Source: Methanobacteriota archaeon
GTDB lineage: Archaea > Thermoplasmatota > Poseidoniia > Poseidoniales > Thalassarchaeaceae
Length of the DNA stretch: 64,000 bases
Direction: 5' to 3'
Assembly (NCBI GenBank): GCA_029977385.1
Contig: JAPOKZ010000002.1
Coordinates: 15,492-79,491, forward strand
Shown: positions 27,271 through 35,991 of the stretch, one piece after another
How positions within the stretch are numbered: position 1 is the first letter of the stretch
How the letters are laid out: the number at the start of each line of letters is the position of its first letter
Notes under the pieces: generated by a model
Told to the model about the DNA's origin: nothing
The model's input: the letters and a program-made list of their open reading frames with translations, nothing else
Database searches by the model: none
Made by a program: the position numbers and the translations under genes

Positions 27271-28200
27271 TCAATCTTGCTCTTCCAACCATTTTTCTGC
27301 GTCAATCGCGGCCTGACAACCCATGCCAGCGGCTGTTATGGCTTGACGATACCTTTTGTCGACTACATCACCCGCAGCAAATACTCCTGGAACCTCAGTC
27401 ATTGTATTCTCCTTATGCACAATGTATCCCTCTGAGTCAGTCTCGATTTGATCACCTAGGAATTGAGTTATTGGTTTGTGACCAATTGCAATGAATGCTC
27501 CAGCGCAACTAATCTCCTCCTCCGAACCATCTCGAGGATCCTCGAGCACCGCTCCAGTGAGGCCTTGTTCGCCTGCAATCCATTTTTTCACTTGTCTGAA
27601 CGTCTTGATTTCTATTTTGGGATGCTTTTCCGCTCTTTCGTACATCACCTTAGATGCTTTGAAAACATCTCTCCTGTGGATGACTGTAACCTTACTCGCA
27701 AACCTAGTCAGGAAAGTTGCCTCCTCCATTGCTGAATCTCCTCCTCCAACAACAATAATCTCCTCATCCCGGAAGAAAGCCCCATCGCAAGTAGCACATG
27801 TGGAAATCCCGCGCCCTTTCTGCTCCTCCTCACCTTCTGCCCCAAGCCAGATTGCTTCTGCACCCGTGCAAATGATCAATGACTGGGCCCTATACTCCTC
27901 TCCCTCGACCCAAACCGCAAAAGGACGTTCCGAAAGATCAACTCTTTCCACATTCTTGTCATGAACCTCCAAACCGAACCTTTCGGCCTGCTCCCTCATA
28001 TCGATCATCATTTCTGGCCCTCCTATTCCCTTAGGGTATCCGGGGAAGTTCTCAACATCTGAAGTTAGCATCAATTGACCCCCCGACATGTAACCAGCGA
28101 ACATCAATGGATTCAGCAGGGCTCTAGCCGTGTACAGGCCCGCTGTGTATCCTGCCGGGCCGGAACCAACAATGATCACACTCCTGACGTGCTCTCCCAT
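27271..28200 (-). CDS. trxB: thioredoxin-disulfide reductase
   Basis: Motifs are GSGPAGYTAG (FAD), the redox-active CATCDG, and GGGDSAMEEA (NADPH). Confidence 0.92.
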   Translation of the reverse strand: MGEHVRSVIIVGSGPAGYTAGLYTARALLNPLMFAGYMSGGQLMLTSDVENFPGYPKGIGGPEMMIDMREQAERFGLEVHDKNVERVDLSERPFAVWVEGEEYRAQSLIICTGAEAIWLGAEGEEEQKGRGISTCATCDGAFFRDEEIIVVGGGDSAMEEATFLTRFASKVTVIHRRDVFKASKVMYERAEKHPKIEIKTFRQVKKWIAGEQGLTGAVLEDPRDGSEEEISCAGAFIAIGHKPITQFLGDQIETDSEGYIVHKENTMTEVPGVFAAGDVVDKRYRQAITAAGMGCQAAIDAEKWLEEQD

Positions 28201-28282
28201 AAGTTGCCGAGGTGTGAGGCATCCTTTGAATCTTGACAGTCAGACACCCCGATCTATTTGGGCATATTGGAGAAAGAAATTG

Positions 28283-28290
28283 TAATATAA
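28283..28290 (+). promoter_or_regulatory. putative archaeal TATA box (TAATATAA) with a purine-rich BRE-like tract upstream
   Basis: It is centred about 26 nt upstream of the ATG at 28312, which suggests a leaderless transcript of the GYD gene. Confidence 0.4.
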
Positions 28291-28311
28291 CAACCATCAA
28301 GAGGCTAAATT

Positions 28312-28632
28312 ATGCCAAAATACATGTATTCTGGAAACTACACTAAGGAAGGTGCCGCTGGTCTACTAAAGGACGGGGGTAAGGCGAGGAAGGAAGAAGC
28401 GAAGAGGATAGTAGAAGCAATGGGCGGGTCCCTAGAAGCCTACTATTGGTCATTCGGCGAGATGGATTTCATGATGATAGCCGATGTCCCAGAGGCAATG
28501 GCCGTGAAGTTCTCCCTCCATGTTGGAGCATCCGGGGTTTTCAATGGAAAGCTGACGCCTCTAATCACGGTTGAGGGTATGGAGGCAGCTACTTCGACTG
28601 AATTGCCTTCTATGCGCCTTCCTGGCGAGTGA
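28312..28632 (+). CDS. GYD-domain protein
   Basis: The 106-aa ORF begins MPKYMYSGNYT..EGAAGLLKDGG..R.EEAKRIVEAMGGSLEAYYWSFGEMDFMMI, the characteristic GYD-family pattern. Confidence 0.7.
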   Translation: MPKYMYSGNYTKEGAAGLLKDGGKARKEEAKRIVEAMGGSLEAYYWSFGEMDFMMIADVPEAMAVKFSLHVGASGVFNGKLTPLITVEGMEAATSTELPSMRLPGE

Positions 28633-28641
28633 TACCACCAT

Positions 28642-29037
28642 TCACTCAGACATTGCCGCTACTGCGCCAACTGCCGATCTGGCATGAGGCTCTAGTCTGG
28701 GCTCTATATGCCTAGGTTCTGCACCAGGTCCTATGATCCCCAATCCTATCGCTTTGTTGTGCTTGATTTGCAGTTCAATCACTGACTTGGTGACGGACTG
28801 CCCCATAACTAGGCCGTGGTCTGTCTCCCCCCTTTCGATAATTCCCAACACTACTGCTCCATGTATGTCTGTACTCTGGAGCATCCTATCTAGTGCCAAA
28901 GGAGCTTCCATAGACCCAGGCACCCATATGATGTCAGAAACTTCCCAATTTTTGGAACTGGCCTCATCAATGGCATAGTTCAGCATCCTCTCCACTTGTT
29001 CTCTGTGGAAAGACCCGCAGACAATTCCCAGATTCAA
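28642..29037 (-). CDS. ribH: 6,7-dimethyl-8-ribityllumazine synthase
   Basis: The 131-aa ORF has VPGSMEAPLA, and GIIERGETDHGLV resembles the archaeal RibH motif VPG..E.PLA / G.VI.GET.H. It overlaps ribE by 4 nt. Confidence 0.8.
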   Translation of the reverse strand: MNLGIVCGSFHREQVERMLNYAIDEASSKNWEVSDIIWVPGSMEAPLALDRMLQSTDIHGAVVLGIIERGETDHGLVMGQSVTKSVIELQIKHNKAIGLGIIGPGAEPRHIEPRLEPHARSAVGAVAAMSE

Positions 29038-29636
29038 GATTCAGCACCCATCCTCAACATAGCCTCTACCACTGCCTGAGTCCTCGAATCTATCTCAATG
29101 TTCACCAAATCTCCTTCGAATTTATTTCCTATGCTGGTAATCCTGAGGGTCTCAGGGATAATGTGCAGGTAGAAACCCATTTCATCACATTTTCCTACAG
29201 TAAGAGACATCCCATCAACTGCGATATAGCCCTTCTCTAGAACAAATTGGTTATATCCATCTGGAACGGATATCAGAAAATCTACGCCATCCCCTACTTC
29301 TTCCCTTTTCAGAATCTCTCCCGTCCCAATAACGTGTCCAGAGAGGATGTGACCGCCTAACTCATCTCCTAGGCGTAGAGACCTTTCCACATTTAGCACG
29401 TCGCCCACCAGTCTTTTGGAAAGGGTTGTTCTGCCCAATGTCTCAGTAATAGCATCAAAGGCTACTTTCCCGTTTTCGAAATTCACTACTGTCATGCAAA
29501 CTCCGTCTAAAGATACGCTTGCACCTATTTCCAGATCGTCATCGAATCCATTCAAATCTACAGTAAATGTACGTATTGAATCCCCATCAACAATCTGCAC
29601 TATGGGGGCAGTTCCTGCAACAATTCCAGTAAACAT
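29034..29636 (-). CDS. ribE: riboflavin synthase, bacterial/eukaryotic trimeric type
   Basis: It has the canonical N-terminus MFTGIV and an internal repeat, SLDGVCMTV / AVDGMSLTV. The ORF is open to 29678, but MFTGIV begins at 29636, 2 nt after the ribL stop. Confidence 0.85.
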   Translation of the reverse strand: MFTGIVAGTAPIVQIVDGDSIRTFTVDLNGFDDDLEIGASVSLDGVCMTVVNFENGKVAFDAITETLGRTTLSKRLVGDVLNVERSLRLGDELGGHILSGHVIGTGEILKREEVGDGVDFLISVPDGYNQFVLEKGYIAVDGMSLTVGKCDEMGFYLHIIPETLRITSIGNKFEGDLVNIEIDSRTQAVVEAMLRMGAES

Positions 29637-29638
29637 TC

Positions 29639-30100
29639 TCAATCTTCCTCGTAGGGTCCACCTTCTGTTCCGGGCCAAAGGTCAAGGATTCTTGCGATAA
29701 TCTTTCTAGTTCCGTCAAGATCGTCAGATAGACCTTCAACTCTTGTTACTTTTACGTGTTCGAATCCATGCTGATCCAATCCTTTCCTGATTGCGTCGAT
29801 AGAGTGCTTCTGGTCGTAACCCAAGGCGATTAAATCAGGATCTATCTTCTTTAGAATATCGAAAATAGGCACTCCAGGGGGATTACCAATTATTGCCTTA
29901 TTTACGGGTTTTAGCCCCTCCACCATTCTCCTCCTCAACTCCTGGCCGGTAACTGGCTCGTGTTTTTGCTTCCTCACTGTTTCATCATGCGCAATTACGA
30001 CAACTAGCTCCTCTCCAAGTGATTTCGCTTGCTCGACATAGTGCAGATGGCCAGCATGTAGTAAATCGAAGATACCCACTGCCATCACCTTAGTCATCAT
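29639..30100 (-). CDS. ribL: FAD synthase (CTP-dependent FMN adenylyltransferase, archaeal RibL type)
   Basis: The 153-aa cytidylyltransferase fold has GIFDLLHAGHLHYVEQAK. It sits inside the riboflavin cluster. Confidence 0.8.
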   Translation of the reverse strand: MMTKVMAVGIFDLLHAGHLHYVEQAKSLGEELVVVIAHDETVRKQKHEPVTGQELRRRMVEGLKPVNKAIIGNPPGVPIFDILKKIDPDLIALGYDQKHSIDAIRKGLDQHGFEHVKVTRVEGLSDDLDGTRKIIARILDLWPGTEGGPYEED

Positions 30101-30122
30101 CCAGCCTCCTCAGATTCCTCGC

Positions 30123-30854
30123 CTAATCTTTTTCATTGAAAATTGTAGAAATCTGCTCACCGGTAATCATGGGGATGCCATACTTGCTCGCATAAGCCCT
30201 AGCTCCTTCCAATGATAAAGCGCCGTCTCCCTCTGGTTCAAGCATCTCCGCGCCGATCGTACAAGCGGTCAAACCCGCCAATCTTGCTATTGAAACGGCA
30301 AGCTCCGTATGGCCCTGACGCGTCTTTAGACCGCCGGGGGACTCTCTGCATACAGGGATATGTCCTGGGGTTCTGAACTCCTTCCCAAGCCTTTCCTTCG
30401 CCTTAGCCCCATCTTCTCCATTTTCGATCAGTTCTCCAGATAATTCTCCGAATCTCCTCGTTGTTAGTGATCTGTCTCTATCCGTAATTCCAGTGTATGT
30501 CTCTCTGTGGTTCAGTGAAAGAGTGAAGGCGGATCTTGAGTCATACTGGAGATCATTAGTTACTAGATGTCCCAAGACGGGGTTCTCTGCTACCAAAGAC
30601 TCGTGCGAGTGAATATCCTGCAACCAAGGAAGTCCAAACATTTCCCCAATCTCGTTACCTATGGCAAGGAATAGAAGGCCCCCACAGTCGTTTCTGAGTC
30701 TTCTAATCACTTCTGGCGTTGCTGCTGCTGCATGCCAAAGAAGGTCGGTTTCCATCTCTCGATAGTCCGAATCGTAAATCATCACAGGCCTTCCAGATTT
30801 GAAGGCAGATATCGCCTCGCCCACCCCATTGTCCATGCCACGCGGAGAGGTCAT
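30123..30854 (-). CDS. ribB: 3,4-dihydroxy-2-butanone-4-phosphate synthase
   Basis: Motifs include AISAFKSGRPVMIYDSDYREMETDL and PGHIPV. The ORF is open to 30986, but conserved sequence starts after the ATG at 30854 (alternative ATG at 30836). Confidence 0.85.
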   Translation of the reverse strand: MTSPRGMDNGVGEAISAFKSGRPVMIYDSDYREMETDLLWHAAAATPEVIRRLRNDCGGLLFLAIGNEIGEMFGLPWLQDIHSHESLVAENPVLGHLVTNDLQYDSRSAFTLSLNHRETYTGITDRDRSLTTRRFGELSGELIENGEDGAKAKERLGKEFRTPGHIPVCRESPGGLKTRQGHTELAVSIARLAGLTACTIGAEMLEPEGDGALSLEGARAYASKYGIPMITGEQISTIFNEKD

Positions 30855-30886
30855 TGATACCCGATATTTTCGGTCTAGAAAAAGTG

Positions 30887-31780
30887 ATGTCTTCGAGCCT
30901 CTGGGGTTATCCCGTGAGTGACCCCCTGGAATCCTCGGCTCCATTGCGGGTGGATTTAGCAGGAGGGTGGACTGACGTACACCCATACCCTACAGATTTC
31001 GGAGGGGAGGTGGTAAACTTCGCAATAAAGCATAGAGTAACGATCAGGAAACTTGAGGAGGGGGAAAATTCAGACCTAGAATTCAACTTTCCAGTACCTC
31101 GCGGTTCTGGTCTGGGCACCAGTTCGGCGATGAATGTTGCATTGGCAGCCCTCAATTCGCCCAGTCAATTAGAGAAACCTGAGGAAATAGCCGAGCAAGC
31201 ATTTGTTTCTGAATCACAACAAAATCGCTGTGGAAGGCAAGATCATTGGGCTTCCGCTATCGGCGGATTTAATCATCTTCTTTTTATTGGAGACTCGGTT
31301 GAAAGGATGCCATTCGAGCCAATGAAATCATCTCTAAACTGGCTGAAGAAGCACATGGTAATTTCTTATTCAGGAATTAGCAGAAATTCGGGGGAAATCC
31401 AGGAATCAGTATGGTCTAGGTATTCAAATGGGGATGAGAGAGTTGTCCAAGGTTTGCACAAAATTAGGAGCTCTGCTAGAGAAATGGCAAATGGTTTGCA
31501 ACAGGATAGGAGAGATCTGGTAGTTTCCTCATTGAGGGGGGTCTGCGAGGGCGTCGATATGATAGATCCAACAATACACGATCCGTTTCGAGGTGTTGTC
31601 ATGCATTTGATTGAGTCTGGATCGATTGTGGCATGGAAGGCGCTAGGTGCTGGCGGAGGGGGTTGTTCCGCATTACTTTGCTCACCTAATGGCAAGGAAT
31701 ATGCGACTCAGTACATCGAGAACCAGGGTTGGAAAATCATGGATTGGGACTACGATGAGCAAGGAGTTCAGGTTATTTGA
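30887..31780 (+). CDS. GHMP-family sugar kinase (COG2605-like; HddA/fucokinase-like), substrate unknown
   Basis: Motifs are APLRVDLAGGWTDV, GHMP motif II PRGSGLGTSSAMNVA, and motif III GAGGGGCSALLC. The ORF is open from a TTG at 30854, and the first ATG is at 30887. Confidence 0.7.
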   Translation: MSSSLWGYPVSDPLESSAPLRVDLAGGWTDVHPYPTDFGGEVVNFAIKHRVTIRKLEEGENSDLEFNFPVPRGSGLGTSSAMNVALAALNSPSQLEKPEEIAEQAFVSESQQNRCGRQDHWASAIGGFNHLLFIGDSVERMPFEPMKSSLNWLKKHMVISYSGISRNSGEIQESVWSRYSNGDERVVQGLHKIRSSAREMANGLQQDRRDLVVSSLRGVCEGVDMIDPTIHDPFRGVVMHLIESGSIVAWKALGAGGGGCSALLCSPNGKEYATQYIENQGWKIMDWDYDEQGVQVI

Positions 31781-31829
31781 TGAATATTGTAGTCCTAAAT
31801 CTCAAACATGACCAATTGTCCGAGCACCT

Positions 31830-34800
31830 ATGGCCGGACGCCGTTCGATGTTTTTCCCTCTGGCTCTTTTGGTCCTAATCGCCCCTATGGCGTCTTCCTC
31901 TATCTGGGTTGAAGAGATCCCTAAAGGTGGTTTTGATGCCGAAGGAAAGTGGTCCCCATCGGTGGAGTCAGACATCCATTGGGAATGGTGGACACATTGG
32001 AGTAGGGACAAGGATTCTAACTCCATTGACGATAGACTGGAATGGCTAATTGAGCAACCTGAGGAAGTCAAGAGAGATTGGTGGAGGCGTGCTCCGGATG
32101 GACACGCTAGGATATTCGTAGACTACGATCACCACCCAACGGACGCCGATATTTCCGCCTTGGAGTCACTAGGAGTGGAAGTTACTTTCAGGTTCGGATA
32201 CCTCAATACGGTTTCAGCTACTTCACCAGTGTCTTCAATATTGGACGATGATGGAATCAGATCACTCAGTGGGGTTGTGATGATCGAGGACCTCGGACTG
32301 GCCGAGACAAACATGAACGAAGCCGTACCCAACATGGGGGTCGATTCGGTATGGAATGACTTAGGTTTAGACGGAACAGGCTCTGTAATCGCAATTCTCG
32401 ATACTGGTGTTCGTGGTGATCACGAGGGATTGAACGACATGGACGATGACCCGTTTACCTGTATCGATGATCCTCCTGAGCCCGATCCTCTGGATCCTGA
32501 GCCACAGCCAATTCCTGCAGACTGCGATCCAAAGATTATTGCTTTCTTTGATGCAGTTTTCACTGATGATGAACAAGATCCATCCACGTCATATGATTCG
32601 GGCACCCACGGCACTCATGTCGCAGGAATTGCCGCTGGTTCTGGTGGGGGGCAGACAGACCCCGGAACTGGTTCGAGGTATGTCGGTGCTGCGCCAGGGG
32701 CCTATCTGATCAATATCCTCGGGTGTTGTGATGGCGATATTGAGGATGTAATGCAAGGAGCGCAATGGGCTATTGACAATAAAGACAAGTTCGGGATCGA
32801 TATCGTCACCTCCTCCTTGGGGGAACAGCAGTTCGAGGTTCATATCGACAATGACGGGAGTTCAGCTTGGAGCCGCCAGATGGATATGGTCGTCGAGGCG
32901 GGAATCATAACCACGCTCTCGGCGGGTAACGAATTCGGTGGGGCGACACTTGCTGGTTGTAACACGATCGACAGCCCAGGAGACGCTCAGTTACCAGTTA
33001 CAGTGGCCAGTCTTGACAAGGATCTAGGCCTAGCGATTTACAGCAGTCGCGGGTACACCTCGGACTTCAGAGTCAAGCCTGATGTCGCTACTATCGGCTC
33101 CAATATCATGGCTCCCGACGCAGCGACTCAGGATGGTTATACAAGCAAGTCGGGAACTAGCATGGCCACGCCACTTATGGCCGGTATCGCAGCACTGATG
33201 GTTCAAGCAAACCCCGATTTGACACCAACAGAGTTCAAGGATATCATTTCCGCTCACTCAATTGAGAGGGATATCCAACTCTTGAACGATCCAGGATTCA
33301 ACGACTGCAGCGTCCTAGAAACCCGTCCCGATAATGAGTTCGGTTATGGCCAGGCCGACCCAACCGCCTTCGTCGAGGCGGCTGGAAGCATAGATAGGTC
33401 ACTGAACGTGTCAATGGAAGTCTCCACTCTGCAAGAAATAGGGAACGAGAGCTATGTCACAGGCACCTCCAGTGGAGCAGCCCCGGGTACTGGGCTAGTT
33501 GAGATCAAGGTAGGGGGAGGGGCTTGGTCGGGAGCAGCAGACCTTTCCAAGGACGGGGACTGGTCGTCTTGGAGCATAAAATTAGACCCTCATGAAAAAT
33601 CAGGAAACTCGACAATTTATGCTAGGTTGGTAGTTTCAGATGACAGTATCTCTCCAGTGGATGCCAGGAGGGTGATATTGGTAGATGCTCAATTTTCTGG
33701 CTCATCATCATCCTCAGGATTGACAAACCTAGGACCAATTGCCTTCTTTGTTCCCTTCCTCCTTGCAATAGTACTGGTTTTGTTTGTCGGTAGGAGGGAA
33801 GAGTGGCTACAAAGCCTAACCTCTACTCCGAGTGACGAAACTCAAGAAATTTCGACTTCGCCCGCGGAGCCAGAGGAAACCTTGTCTTGGTCCGAGAGAA
33901 TGTCGAAAAACATAACCGAGCTAGGCAAGGGAGGGGCGATAACTGAGAATCCGATCAAGAGAGTGCTAACTCTTTGCCTCCTATACTTCGCTCAAGGTCT
34001 CCCTTCAGGTTTCGCAAGTGTGACCTTTGCTGCATATCTAGTAGCAAACGGTGTTTCAGTGCCTGAGATAGCGATTCTTTTCGCTACTGTATCCCTCCCA
34101 TGGACCTTCAAGTGGATTTGGGGGCCTGTAGTTGATTCAGTTTACATTGAGAAATATGGCCCTCGAAGGCAATGGATCGTGTTCGCCCAAACCGGAATGG
34201 CACTTACTCTGGGCTCCTTGCTCCTAGTTCCGGACTTGAATGGGCAAATCGACCTGGTTGCGAGAATCTTATTCGTTCACAACATATTCTCATCTCTTCA
34301 GGACGTAGCCACAGATGCTCTCGCCGTTGAGGTCCTAGAACCTGATGAGGTAGCTAGGGTGAATGGCCTCATGTTCGCCGCAAAGAGGGTGGGGATTATC
34401 TTCGGAGGGGCAGTACTGGGGGTATTAATCACCAAGATAGGGATCTCTGGAGTCATAGCCGCGCAATTAGTGATGCTTGTATTCATCATCATGGTGCCAC
34501 TTTTCATGGTCGAGAAGCCCGGAGTCCAACTGTTCCCGTGGTCTAGAACTACGGATGTCACCGAATCACTCGATTCAAGGTCTGAATCCGGAGCATTGGT
34601 GGCTGAGGTGGTGGAGGAATCAGAAGAGGCTCCGTGGGAACAAGAGGAAGTGTTCCGAGTAGCAAGAACGGTCGGGTACAGTATTGCCGACAACCGAGTA
34701 TCACTCGCCTCCTTCTTCGCAGTTTCCGGAGTCTGCATTTGGCTGTTCGGCTTTGTGCTTGATGTCTTCACCGTGGACTGGGGCTTCGGTAAGAATGTCC

Positions 34801-35741
34801 GAATAGGATTCCCGGCACTAGATGCCAAACAAATCCTCGGATTCGACCTCAGGCCATGGTCTGGAACAAATAGGATCAGCCTCGCACTCATCGTCCTATC
34901 GGTAATTTCGATGGGTAGCTCCAGACTCATTTCACCACAATCAAAAGAATCTATGCCAAACCCACTCGCGCTGATTTTAGCTCCACTCGGTGCAACATCG
35001 AGACATTTAGATCCAGAGTCTATTCGAAAAACGGTCGCGAGAACATCATTCTACCTGACCAAGGCCTTCTCAGTCCGGTCAGCGTTTCTGCTGGTAATTG
35101 CTGGGCTTTTGGGTGAGCTTTACTACTTCACTTCGCCCATATATGTTGATATCTTCATCAATGAGGCAGGATGGTCTCAGAGTAAGTACAACGGGATAGT
35201 AGGTGGGATTGCCTTGCTAGGATCGGTTTCGGGACAGATAATCGGAGGGGTCCTCGGGGATAAGTTCGGGATTCGTAGAGTAGCTATGGTCTCCTTCTTG
35301 GTTCTAGCCCTGGCAAACGCCACTTTCGCTTTCTTGGAGCCCATGTGGGGGAATACCTTGGTCATGACGGTGTACCTAATAGGCCAGTACTTCGTAGCTG
35401 GAATCGCTCTCATTTGTATTATTTCGCTTTGTATGAGGCTGACATGGAGTAAGGTCGGAGGGACACAGTTCACTGCATACATGTCTATTCTGAACACCTC
35501 CGTAGTTTTCGCATACACTTTGACAGAGAAGATGATATCTATCTTCAACTACACTTCTGCGATCTATATCGGTGCCGCCCTGACTCTCGTCACCACCTTC
35601 TTCCTACTCTTCATCGATGAGAATGAGACCGATCGCGTCCTCGAGGGCAGAGGTGGTGGTGACGACGAATTCGATGACCTAGGGGAATCTCTCTGGTGGG
35701 ACTCCGAAGAAGGAGGCGAGAAGCCTGTCGCAAGTGCATGA
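31830..35741 (+). CDS. fusion protein: secreted subtilase (S8) - Ig-like spacer - TM helix - AmpG/PAT-family MFS permease
   Basis: This is an uninterrupted 1303-codon ORF with a signal peptide. The subtilase triad is D191 (AILDTG, nt 32400), H260 (SGTHGTHVAG) and S444 (SGTSMATPLMAG), with oxyanion SAGNE. A TM helix spans aa 634-654. The MFS core from about aa 708 has LLYFAQGLPSGF and LPWTFKWIWGPVVDS..GPRRQW motifs like AmpG. Confidence 0.8.
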   Translation: MAGRRSMFFPLALLVLIAPMASSSIWVEEIPKGGFDAEGKWSPSVESDIHWEWWTHWSRDKDSNSIDDRLEWLIEQPEEVKRDWWRRAPDGHARIFVDYDHHPTDADISALESLGVEVTFRFGYLNTVSATSPVSSILDDDGIRSLSGVVMIEDLGLAETNMNEAVPNMGVDSVWNDLGLDGTGSVIAILDTGVRGDHEGLNDMDDDPFTCIDDPPEPDPLDPEPQPIPADCDPKIIAFFDAVFTDDEQDPSTSYDSGTHGTHVAGIAAGSGGGQTDPGTGSRYVGAAPGAYLINILGCCDGDIEDVMQGAQWAIDNKDKFGIDIVTSSLGEQQFEVHIDNDGSSAWSRQMDMVVEAGIITTLSAGNEFGGATLAGCNTIDSPGDAQLPVTVASLDKDLGLAIYSSRGYTSDFRVKPDVATIGSNIMAPDAATQDGYTSKSGTSMATPLMAGIAALMVQANPDLTPTEFKDIISAHSIERDIQLLNDPGFNDCSVLETRPDNEFGYGQADPTAFVEAAGSIDRSLNVSMEVSTLQEIGNESYVTGTSSGAAPGTGLVEIKVGGGAWSGAADLSKDGDWSSWSIKLDPHEKSGNSTIYARLVVSDDSISPVDARRVILVDAQFSGSSSSSGLTNLGPIAFFVPFLLAIVLVLFVGRREEWLQSLTSTPSDETQEISTSPAEPEETLSWSERMSKNITELGKGGAITENPIKRVLTLCLLYFAQGLPSGFASVTFAAYLVANGVSVPEIAILFATVSLPWTFKWIWGPVVDSVYIEKYGPRRQWIVFAQTGMALTLGSLLLVPDLNGQIDLVARILFVHNIFSSLQDVATDALAVEVLEPDEVARVNGLMFAAKRVGIIFGGAVLGVLITKIGISGVIAAQLVMLVFIIMVPLFMVEKPGVQLFPWSRTTDVTESLDSRSESGALVAEVVEESEEAPWEQEEVFRVARTVGYSIADNRVSLASFFAVSGVCIWLFGFVLDVFTVDWGFGKNVRIGFPALDAKQILGFDLRPWSGTNRISLALIVLSVISMGSSRLISPQSKESMPNPLALILAPLGATSRHLDPESIRKTVARTSFYLTKAFSVRSAFLLVIAGLLGELYYFTSPIYVDIFINEAGWSQSKYNGIVGGIALLGSVSGQIIGGVLGDKFGIRRVAMVSFLVLALANATFAFLEPMWGNTLVMTVYLIGQYFVAGIALICIISLCMRLTWSKVGGTQFTAYMSILNTSVVFAYTLTEKMISIFNYTSAIYIGAALTLVTTFFLLFIDENETDRVLEGRGGGDDEFDDLGESLWWDSEEGGEKPVASA

Positions 35742-35991
35742 ATTCCTACAGGAGGCCGACGAAGACTTCGTGGTCTTCACACAGACAATATGCCCATACT
35801 GCACACGGGCTTTCAGAACCCTGGATTCCAAGGGTCTGACATACATAGAGGTGAATCTGGATAACTTCGAAGGACTTCGAAGGGAAGTAGTAATGGAGAC
35901 CGGTCATCGAACAGTCCCCGTAATTTTCGATATGCGGGGTGGACACCCCGTATTCGTCGGAGGTTCAGACAACCTTCTGGAATACCTCTAG
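35734..35991 (+). CDS. glutaredoxin-like protein
   Basis: The 85-aa ORF has a CPYC active site, TVPVIF and a GGSD motif. It overlaps the upstream gene by 8 nt. Confidence 0.8.
   Translation: MHEFLQEADEDFVVFTQTICPYCTRAFRTLDSKGLTYIEVNLDNFEGLRREVVMETGHRTVPVIFDMRGGHPVFVGGSDNLLEYL

Noticed and set aside
34298-34930. 210-aa ORF antisense to the MFS part of the fusion gene
   Set aside because: It lies within a well-supported coding frame and has no motifs. The same reasoning applies to 58598-59173, 5343-5879, 12665-13132 and 61808-62365.
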